Part shown: piece by piece, positions 8,029 to 14,081 of the stretch
Layout of the letters: every line of letters starts with the position of its first letter
Numbering within the stretch: the first letter of the stretch is position 1
NCBI GenBank assembly: GCA_964487045.1
Contig: CAZAOT010000003.1
Span: forward strand, 72,983 to 136,982
DNA from: an uncultured Candidatus Saccharibacteria bacterium
Lineage (GTDB): Bacteria > Patescibacteriota > UBA1384 > DTJR01
Length of the DNA: 64,000 bases
Reading direction: 5' to 3'
The notes under the pieces: model-generated
What the model was told of the DNA's origin: nothing
Database searches by the model: none
The model's input: only the letters and a program-made list of their open reading frames with translations
Position numbers and translations under genes: made by a program

Positions 8029-8057
8029 ATAGTAAACGGGTCTTCTTATCTAGTCAA
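8029..8057 (-). promoter_or_regulatory. sigma70-type promoter TTGACT-17-TACTAT for cassette 3
   Basis: Minus-strand TTGACT is at 8057-8052 and TACTAT at 8034-8029. Confidence 0.6.
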
Positions 8058-8059
8058 GA

Positions 8060-8581
8060 TTATTTATAAATATAGATCTTCGGAGAAGTATTCTTTTTTA
8101 ATGGTTTGCGCCCTGTGAAATTAAAGGTTAGGGACACAACGGAAGCATTTCGCTTTAAATTTTTAAAAATAATAGGTTCAATCTTAGCTAAGAGTTTTTC
8201 AAGTAGATAGACATAAATCAAATCAGCTTTGTTTATTAGGTTTTCGTATTTTAATATATTGCCGTAATAAATTTTAATATTTTTGGTTTGATGGTGAAGC
8301 GCAACATTTAATTTGGCGAGTATGAAATAGAAAGGGGAGATTTCGATGCCGATACCTTTTGCTCCAAACTCTTTGGCAGCAATAATCAAGCTTCGCGCAT
8401 TGCCACAGCCGAGATCGATGACCACTTGTCCAGATTTTAAGTAGGCCATCTCAAAAGCCTTTTTAATAATTTTTTCTTTAGCGTAAACCGTCGGTGCACC
8501 TGAAAAGGCGGAGATTAACAGAGAAATTTGCCAAATAAGTGCGATCAAAGCTAGAGTGATAAATAATATAGAAATAGTCAT
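8060..8581 (-). CDS. class I SAM-dependent methyltransferase with N-terminal membrane anchor
   Basis: VIDLGCGNARSLIIAA is the motif I glycine loop. An N-terminal hydrophobic helix is present. Confidence 0.75.
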   Translation of the reverse strand: MTISILFITLALIALIWQISLLISAFSGAPTVYAKEKIIKKAFEMAYLKSGQVVIDLGCGNARSLIIAAKEFGAKGIGIEISPFYFILAKLNVALHHQTKNIKIYYGNILKYENLINKADLIYVYLLEKLLAKIEPIIFKNLKRNASVVSLTFNFTGRKPLKKNTSPKIYIYK

Positions 8582-8611
8582 ATTTATCTAAGATTAACAT
8601 TTTGTTTCATA

Positions 8612-8656
8612 AATAAAAAAGAAAGCCCGGGCGCTCCACTGGGGAGGGCTCGGGCT
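8612..8656 (-). terminator. intrinsic terminator of cassette 4
   Basis: Arms AGCCCGGGC (8624-8632) and GCTCGGGCT (8648-8656). TTTCTTTTTT follows on the minus strand. Confidence 0.8.
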
Positions 8657-8678
8657 TGATGAGGCGTGGTAGCGGGTG

Positions 8679-8939
8679 CTACCGGAGGTTTCGGCGCTGA
8701 TCCGCGGTGGGGTTCTTGCCCACGTTTGAGTTGCCGACCGTCCGCTTTCGCACGATCCAGTCGGCAAGGAGCACGAAGGCGCTGATCGTGGCAGTGATGG
8801 CAGTCATGTAGAGCGTCGGCTTGCTCTTAAACATGATGCCAAAAGCGATGAAAAGCGGGGTAGTGGGGAAGAGGAAGAATTTGAACAATCTCCTCTTTCC
8901 CTTGGTGAGAAAAGACTTCGGCTTGAGTGACTTCATCAT
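8679..8939 (-). CDS. small membrane protein (2 predicted TM), GC-rich cassette 4
   Basis: 86 aa with two hydrophobic stretches and basic termini. GC-rich, last gene before the terminator. Confidence 0.55.
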   Translation of the reverse strand: MMKSLKPKSFLTKGKRRLFKFFLFPTTPLFIAFGIMFKSKPTLYMTAITATISAFVLLADWIVRKRTVGNSNVGKNPTADQRRNLR

Positions 8940-8953
8940 AGTCCTCCCTGTTT

Positions 8954-9523
8954 CTAGCCCTTGCAGTCAGGGCATACGATCGTGATTTGGTTTCCTACGC
9001 CGGACCCTGTGTCCGGAATGAAGGGATCTCCACAGCGGAAGCAGTATCTGGGTTCACCTGCAACCAGCTTCTTGTCTGCATCCGAGCAGACCTTGCACTT
9101 GCGGGGATTCCAGAGGTTGCGTCTGCTTGGGGTATAAGCACCGCAATGTGGGCAGTAGAAGTGTGTCATTAGGCGTTGCCCAGTGCTCTTGGCGACAGGC
9201 GGGATCCAGCGCTTGATCGTGAAGCGCTGCTCCAAACCAGGGTGCAACTCTACCGTAGCGCCGTGGCCGCTGGTAGCTCGGACAGCAAAGCCGTTTTCCA
9301 GAAAGAGGTTCGCTATCTGCGCGAGTTCGCCCAGAGGTTCCTGGTTGAGGGCAGTTGCCAACTCAACATAGCATAGTTCTTCTGGAATGCTAGCGGCAGG
9401 CTGGTTGATTTCGACAGCGATACGAGCTTGCTGCTCCTCGGGTAGATTTGCCAATAAGGCAGTAATCCGCCCCTTGAGCGCGTCTGCTTCTTGGCTTGTA
9501 CTGGTGACTCGGGCGCGGATCAT
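8954..9523 (-). CDS. double zinc-ribbon protein, GC-rich cassette 4
   Basis: The C-terminal 70 aa carry four CxxC pairs (CPHC, CKVC, CFRC, CPDC). The N-terminal about 110 aa are unassigned. SD AGGGAG is upstream. Confidence 0.65.
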   Translation of the reverse strand: MIRARVTSTSQEADALKGRITALLANLPEEQQARIAVEINQPAASIPEELCYVELATALNQEPLGELAQIANLFLENGFAVRATSGHGATVELHPGLEQRFTIKRWIPPVAKSTGQRLMTHFYCPHCGAYTPSRRNLWNPRKCKVCSDADKKLVAGEPRYCFRCGDPFIPDTGSGVGNQITIVCPDCKG

Positions 9524-9571
9524 GGTTGCTCCCTATCCTTTTTGGTATGTAAAGGTTCGAACGAACGTTTG

Positions 9572-9600
9572 ATTATATTTGAATTACGTCCGAATGTCAA
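9572..9600 (-). promoter_or_regulatory. perfect consensus promoter TTGACA-17-TATAAT
   Basis: Minus-strand TTGACA is at 9600-9595 and TATAAT at 9577-9572, with a 17-nt spacer, upstream of the zinc-ribbon gene. Confidence 0.7.
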
Positions 9601-9613
9601 TAATTAAGTACAA

Positions 9614-9634
9614 GGGACGCCGGAGGGGCGTCCC
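9614..9634 (-). terminator. hairpin after 9638..9919 gene
   Basis: Arms GGGACGCC and GGCGTCCC. The downstream T tract is weak. Confidence 0.5.
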
Positions 9635-9637
9635 TGA

Positions 9638-9919
9638 TCAGAGCCAGCAGTCGTGGCGAGTGATGATATTTCCGTCATCGCCAATACTGCCAACTTTGCA
9701 TGTTCTTCCGAGACGGCGAAAGCCTCTCATTGCAGGAGCAAATGCGGCTGCACCTAACAATATATAGAAGCTGGTACCAGATATGCCCGAGATGGTAGCG
9801 AAAAGCCAGAACATCTTGGGGTAGCAGATCGCTACAGTCGTTGAAGTGTACGCAACCCCTTTGAGAAGGGGAGCGAGAACGATCGGTCGTGAAACTAATG
9901 ACAGAATTCGACTGATCAT
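9638..9919 (-). CDS. small membrane protein, GC-rich cassette 4
   Basis: 93 aa with hydrophobic helices. SD GGAAGGAG lies 6 nt before the ATG. Confidence 0.55.
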   Translation of the reverse strand: MISRILSLVSRPIVLAPLLKGVAYTSTTVAICYPKMFWLFATISGISGTSFYILLGAAAFAPAMRGFRRLGRTCKVGSIGDDGNIITRHDCWL

Positions 9920-9984
9920 GCGCTTCTCCTTCCGAGGGATATGGTTAAATTATCCTAAAACAAGTTTGTTTTCAACCTGATAGA

Positions 9985-10013
9985 TTGATTTTTTGTCTCA
10001 TTTGGGCTATAAT
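9985..10013 (+). promoter_or_regulatory. promoter TTGATT-17-TATAAT for tRNA-Lys
   Basis: TTGATT at 9985-9990 and TATAAT at 10008-10013. Confidence 0.65.
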
Positions 10014-10021
10014 AATAAGTG

Positions 10022-10041
10022 CCTGCCTGCCGGTAGGCAGG
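10022..10041. repeat. GC-rich palindromic hairpin CCTGCCTGCCGGTAGGCAGG
   Basis: Its reverse complement matches 18 nt at 12387-12404. Confidence 0.7.
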
Positions 10042-10074
10042 GCTTTCCGCCTGTTCTTTTCTGTTATAAAGTTT

Positions 10075-10149
10075 GGGCCTGTAGCTCAGTGGTAGAGCAG
10101 TTGCCTTTTAAGCAACGTGTCGTGGGTTCGATACCCACCAGGCCCTCCA
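10075..10149 (+). tRNA. tRNA-Lys (anticodon UUU), CCA encoded
   Basis: Hand-folded cloverleaf. Acceptor stem GGGCCTG/CAGGCCC, D stem GCTC/GAGC, anticodon stem GTTGC/GCAAC with loop CTTTTAA, T arm GTGGG-TTCGATA-CCCAC. 75 nt in total. Confidence 0.92.
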
Positions 10150-10161
10150 ATGAAAAAAAAT

Positions 10162-10187
10162 ATCCACCCGTGCGGTGGATGTTTTTG
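10162..10187 (+). terminator. intrinsic terminator after tRNA
   Basis: ATCCACC/GGTGGAT stem followed by GTTTTTG. Confidence 0.8.
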
Positions 10188-10341
10188 TTATTTGGAGTCA
10201 CTTAAGAGCGCGAAAGGCGTAGGCCGAGCTAAGGTCGAGAAAAAAAATCAGCAAAAATTGTCCAACATCTTGATTTTTTGAAAAATAAGTGAATAATGTA
10301 TTATTAATTTGGAATACGTACATTGAAAGAGGTAGGTAGCG

Positions 10342-10761
10342 ATGAGTAAGCGCATCCTGGTGGTTGATGATGAGCGCCACATCGTCCGTCTGGTTAAGCT
10401 CAACCTGGAACGCGCCGGCGGCTATGACGTCCTGACAGCGTACGACGGGATCGAGGCTCTGGGCAAAGTCAAGACCGAGAGCCCCGATATGGTGGTGCTC
10501 GACATCATGATGCCCCGGATGGACGGTTACGAAGTACTGCGTAACTTGCAAGCAGATCCCAGCTGCCAGAACATACCCGTGATCATGCTGACCGGCAAGG
10601 ACCAGGACGCCGACTTCTTCAAGGCCTGGGCCAGTGGGTTGAGGGCATATATGACAAAGCCCTTTGATCCCCAAGAATTGCTGACATTCATCCAACGGAT
10701 CTTCGAGGCCGATCAAATCGGGTATGGGGATGATACAGATGATTCGTGCTTTGAAGTGTAA
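10342..10761 (+). CDS. stand-alone response-regulator receiver (CheY-like), GC-rich cassette 5
   Basis: The acidic pocket and phospho-acceptor pattern ILVVDDE...DMVVLDIMMPRMDG...MLTGK...KPF is present. No output domain and no kinase nearby. Confidence 0.9.
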   Translation: MSKRILVVDDERHIVRLVKLNLERAGGYDVLTAYDGIEALGKVKTESPDMVVLDIMMPRMDGYEVLRNLQADPSCQNIPVIMLTGKDQDADFFKAWASGLRAYMTKPFDPQELLTFIQRIFEADQIGYGDDTDDSCFEV

Positions 10762-10785
10762 TGTAGCTTGCCCCTCTCGATTCCC

Positions 10786-10827
10786 ATGCCCGCATCTGCT
10801 CCGGAGGCTTTGCGGGCATTCTTTTTC
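10786..10827 (+). terminator. intrinsic terminator of cassette 5
   Basis: ATGCCCGCA/TGCGGGCAT stem followed by TCTTTTTC. Confidence 0.85.
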
Positions 10828-11003
10828 TAAATAGTTAACACCCATTTTATAAAGTCCAAACACAAATTTTTCAAAATTAGTTCAATCTGAGCCACAGGTG
10901 AAATTTCGCGTTCCACCCGCGAAATCCCCAGAAATAAAATTGCCCCGTTAGGGGCTATTTTAATTATTTAGAGATGTTTCCAGTCGTGTGATATATTAGT
11001 CCT

Positions 11004-11453
11004 ATGGTCAAATCTCATCCAAAAGTAGGTGTTGGCATTATCGTCATCAAGAAAGAAAATGGCAAAGATTTTGTAATGCTCCATCAGCGCAAAGGAAGAA
11101 ATGGGCTAGGCAAGGACTATTGGGGCAGTGGTGGAGGACACCTGGAATTGGGTGAATCGCTGGAGGCCGGTGCGCTTCGGGAGCTCAAAGAGGAAGCAGG
11201 AGGCAAACTGAAGGTAAAAAATGTGAGATTCTTAGGTGTGATTAACTTTACCGAAATGAATCCAAAACACTATGTCGATGTCAGTTTTGTAGCCGATTGG
11301 GTGTCCGGGGAACCAATTAACAATGCTCCCGAGGAAACAACCGACTGGAAGTGGTTTGCGCTGGATGAGCTACCAAGCCCGCTCTTTCCGCCAGTAGAGC
11401 ATTATCTGGAAGCGCTCGAGACAGGGCAAAGTTTTTTTGATTCGTCGTTTTAG
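11004..11453 (+). CDS. NUDIX hydrolase
   Basis: Nudix box GGGHLELGESLEAGALRELKEEAG. Confidence 0.9.
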   Translation: MVKSHPKVGVGIIVIKKENGKDFVMLHQRKGRNGLGKDYWGSGGGHLELGESLEAGALRELKEEAGGKLKVKNVRFLGVINFTEMNPKHYVDVSFVADWVSGEPINNAPEETTDWKWFALDELPSPLFPPVEHYLEALETGQSFFDSSF

Positions 11454-11466
11454 TTAAAGGTGCAAC

Positions 11467-12216
11467 ATGAAAATGCTTGAGTCAATTACAATCCGTCTAC
11501 CTCGAAAAGATCGAGATTTTGAGAATAAATTTCTTAACTTTTTGGGTCAATTTGGAATAAAAAAGGGCGATAAAATCACTTTTCAGCGTTCCAGTGATAA
11601 ATATCTTCCAAGAACTGCCTTTGAATTTAGCGATTGCCAGACTGCTGAAGCGATATTTTGTAGTTCGACAGAGCATAAGGTTAAGATTGCCAATACTACC
11701 GGTCAGGAGAAAAAGAGCCCTCTTGCATATACTCCAATCAAGCTAGGAGAATTTTTAGAACGCGTGAAGAATCTGAATTTTGAATTTGTGGATCATATTG
11801 GTTTTGACATTTTTTGGCCTAGGGGTGCTCATCCGGCAATTCAACAAGCCAGAGAGGTTTTATCCAAGGAGTGTTTGTATTATCTTTATCCAACAGGAGA
11901 AGACTGGGATTTTATTATTCCCGCCACTCCAGAAGAGATTGTTTCAAAAGCGTTAGATTACAAAGCCATTCGCAGGCCAAAATTCGAAATAGTCTCGCTC
12001 GACTATACTTCAACCCCGATTATCCAATTTGATATATCGGTTAAAGAAAATTTTGATCAAATTAAAGGTTTATTTCCTGAAGGTTATCCGGATAATTATT
12101 TGAAAAATGTTTGGGTTTATATAGAGAACCCCTACGAATTATTTATTTGTGTGGTAATTGGTCATCGCAACAAAGGCGACTGGTACCGATTTCTTAAAAA
12201 AGGACTAATCAAGTAG
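11467..12216 (+). CDS. hypothetical protein
   Basis: 249-aa ORF with backbone composition. No motif recognised. Confidence 0.6.
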   Translation: MKMLESITIRLPRKDRDFENKFLNFLGQFGIKKGDKITFQRSSDKYLPRTAFEFSDCQTAEAIFCSSTEHKVKIANTTGQEKKSPLAYTPIKLGEFLERVKNLNFEFVDHIGFDIFWPRGAHPAIQQAREVLSKECLYYLYPTGEDWDFIIPATPEEIVSKALDYKAIRRPKFEIVSLDYTSTPIIQFDISVKENFDQIKGLFPEGYPDNYLKNVWVYIENPYELFICVVIGHRNKGDWYRFLKKGLIK

Positions 12217-12386
12217 GACGACTCTGTTTTAAAAGTGAAGATTACGGAACTTTTTTTATAATAATTAGGATTGACTTTTTTGTAATAAACACAAGAATTG
12301 GGATATCATTAAGTTATTAGTAATAATAAAATATCCCAGTCACATTTCACCCTCTCGCAATATTCTTAATCTAAGAAATTTGCGAA

Positions 12387-12404
12387 CCTGCCTACCGGCA
12401 GGCA
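12387..12404. repeat. GC-rich palindromic hairpin CCTGCCTACCGGCAGGCA (inverted copy of 10022-10041)
   Basis: 18-nt match to the reverse complement of 10022-10041. Confidence 0.7.
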
Positions 12405-12422
12405 AGTAGGGATCAAAGTGAC

Positions 12423-12477
12423 GGGACTTCCGGAATTGCTTCCTGCCTTGGAGCGCAATTCTCGGAGCGGAGGAAAT
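12423..12477 (+). promoter_or_regulatory. SD-sequestering 5' leader L1 (GGGACTTCCGGAATTGC...GCAATTCTCGGAGCGGAGG)
   Basis: CCGGAATTGC pairs with GCAATTC-N-CGG, and the stem runs into the first GGAG of the SD. About 85% identical to leader L2 at 21435-21490. Confidence 0.55.
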
Positions 12478-12975
12478 ATGGCAAAGCCAACTAAATACGC
12501 AACTCTAATCTGTTTTGTGCTCATGATAGTCGCTGCGATATGCGCCTATATTGGTTATCGCAATCAATCAGCGATTGTTATTGTCCTAGGTCTATTGCCA
12601 ACGGTTATTTATGAAGTCTATCGAACAGAAGGCGAATCAACCCGTGCTTCAAGTTGGCTGATGTTGTTTGTGCTGGTAGCCGAAGCAATCTTAATTTTGT
12701 TTAAGATCAATTTTGATCTCGGGCAATATCTTGGACAATCTGATGCAATAATTGGTGGATCAGTAGTGCCACTTGGCGATATAAAGATTTTGGCTCCAGC
12801 AATTATGGCTCTACTCTCAGTAATTTTATTTACCCGAACAGCCGGAATATATACAAAGTGGTTATCGGTGATAATTTTTGCAGTATCTTTCGTGCTTATT
12901 TATGTTATTTCTCCCGAAGGGTTTTCGGGACTTATAAAATCTGCCATTAATCAGGTTATTTATTGGGGATTCTAA
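12478..12975 (+). CDS. small polytopic membrane protein
   Basis: ATG at 12478 lies 4 nt after GGAGCGGAGG. The track start at 12418 lies inside the leader. Five hydrophobic helices. Confidence 0.65.
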   Translation: MAKPTKYATLICFVLMIVAAICAYIGYRNQSAIVIVLGLLPTVIYEVYRTEGESTRASSWLMLFVLVAEAILILFKINFDLGQYLGQSDAIIGGSVVPLGDIKILAPAIMALLSVILFTRTAGIYTKWLSVIIFAVSFVLIYVISPEGFSGLIKSAINQVIYWGF

Positions 12976-13773
12976 TTATCTTACAGCGAAATAGTAACCC
13001 TTGTAGGAAAAATAATTGCCTCGAGGGCTTTGGGCCGGCTTGGATAGGTCTAGTTTTCCGTAAATTTTAAATTTATTGGCAATGGCAAAATGATATTCGG
13101 TAAGTGAATCAACCGCTGAACCATTTTCAATGAAAGTTCCTCCAGTTAGGCCGAATAAAAACAATGCTTTGATTCCACTCTCAATGCAGATGTTGTCAGT
13201 GCTGATAAATTTATAGTCTTCGTCTAATAACATTTTATAAGTCTTTGAGTCAGTCTTTTGCGGGCCAAGTTTGCCGGGTCTGTCCCAGTAGGTAATTAAT
13301 TTTGTTGCATCTTCAACCTGCATTTTTATTTCTGGAGATTTTCCGAGATACTCAATTTTATCTTCAACAATTTTTATTCCATATTTGATCGCCGGATAAT
13401 AACAGAAAGTGTAAATAGGTTTTTTCTTGTCGTGGATAGTGACAACGACTGAAAACATTTTCTTTCCTTCGGCATACAACTTAGTTCCATCTATTGGGTC
13501 TAGAGTCAAAACATATTTAGACGTTTTTGCAAATAAATGGGCGCTTGGAGTTTCTTCCTCGCCAATAAGCTCACACTCCTTTAGATCGCTTTGAATTAGG
13601 CGACTGAGAATGAACTCCTGCACCGCAAGATCGGCGGAGGTAACTATATCAACTTCGCTAAAACCGGTATTATGTTTCTGATTGGAAGTAAAACTGCTAC
13701 GCATCTTTAATGCTAATTCTCCTGCCTTGATAAAGTCTTGTTCAAATTTTTGAACTTCTTCTATTATATTCAT
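12976..13773 (-). CDS. inositol monophosphatase/FBPase-family phosphatase
   Basis: GEEE and LDPIDGTKLY metal-binding motifs. Confidence 0.75.
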   Translation of the reverse strand: MNIIEEVQKFEQDFIKAGELALKMRSSFTSNQKHNTGFSEVDIVTSADLAVQEFILSRLIQSDLKECELIGEEETPSAHLFAKTSKYVLTLDPIDGTKLYAEGKKMFSVVVTIHDKKKPIYTFCYYPAIKYGIKIVEDKIEYLGKSPEIKMQVEDATKLITYWDRPGKLGPQKTDSKTYKMLLDEDYKFISTDNICIESGIKALFLFGLTGGTFIENGSAVDSLTEYHFAIANKFKIYGKLDLSKPAQSPRGNYFSYKGYYFAVR

Positions 13774-13816
13774 AAGCCAATCATATCTAATCTAGATTGA
13801 GAGTAAAGATTGAAGA

Positions 13817-13845
13817 TTGACTAATCGGCGAAAATAGTGTATATT
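13817..13845 (+). promoter_or_regulatory. promoter TTGACT-17-TATATT for the typA leader
   Basis: TTGACT at 13817-13822 and TATATT at 13840-13845. A leader of about 108 nt with two hairpins follows. Confidence 0.6.
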
Positions 13846-13953
13846 CTATTGGTTGTAAACAGCCAAAGAAGGCTTTTTGATCTATTTCGCATAGCGAAGA
13901 GATCAACCCTTCCATAGCTCTTTGAGCGAAGGAGGGTATTCTTTTTAAAAATT

Positions 13954-14070
13954 ATGATTCGAAACGTTGCGATTATTGCTCATGTAGACCCCACACCGCT
14001 CCTTACTGCAAAACGGATTCCATCCTGTTATTGCAGTGCGTCAGGTCGAGGGGCGAGAGATGACAAATAA
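13954..14070 (+). CDS. upstream mini-ORF (38 codons): TypA-like N-terminus (MIRNVAIIAHVD) fused to conserved tail PTPLLTAKRIPSCYCSASGRGA
   Basis: In frame through the 68-nt element, with TAA at 14068-14070. The nearest GGAGG is 17 nt upstream, so translation is uncertain. Confidence 0.35.
   Translation: MIRNVAIIAHVDPTPLLTAKRIPSCYCSASGRGARDDK
13990..14057 (+). repeat. 68-nt conserved hairpin element, copy 2
   Basis: CCCACACCGCTCCTTACTGCAAAACGGATTCCATCCTGTTATTGCAGTGCGTCAGGTCGAGGGGCGAG. The stem is 14006-14014 paired with 14027-14036. Confidence 0.85.
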
Positions 14071-14081
14071 AATTTTGCCAA

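Noticed and set aside
9993-10205. 70-aa ORF overlapping tRNA-Lys
   Set aside because: It reads straight through a well-folding tRNA, its promoter-proximal hairpin and its terminator.
10198-10863. 221-aa minus-strand ORF covering the response-regulator region
   Set aside because: It is antisense to a gene with an unmistakable receiver-domain sequence. It has no SD and runs through the plus-strand terminator.
10150-12420. Classical tRNA-linked genomic island with integrase downstream of tRNA-Lys
   Set aside because: I found no integrase gene and no direct repeat of the tRNA 3' end by eye. Only the 0.6-kb CheY cassette is compositionally foreign.
7021-14057. Reading the two 68-nt inverted elements as terminal inverted repeats of a composite transposon carrying the 6.9-kb segment
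   Set aside because: No transposase or recombinase lies inside. The N-terminal gene fragments lie inside the repeats and each matches its adjacent outside gene. Each locus is individually explained by a local 140-bp module. The idea is kept only as a possible inversion substrate.
13990-14057. 68-nt element as a sequencing adapter, vector remnant or known ribozyme (hammerhead CUGANGA...GAAA, twister)
   Set aside because: It does not match the adapter sequences I know (Illumina, Nextera, SMRTbell, ONT). The two copies differ at about 11% of positions, including compensatory and synonymous changes. No hammerhead core is present. An unknown RNA class cannot be excluded without Rfam.
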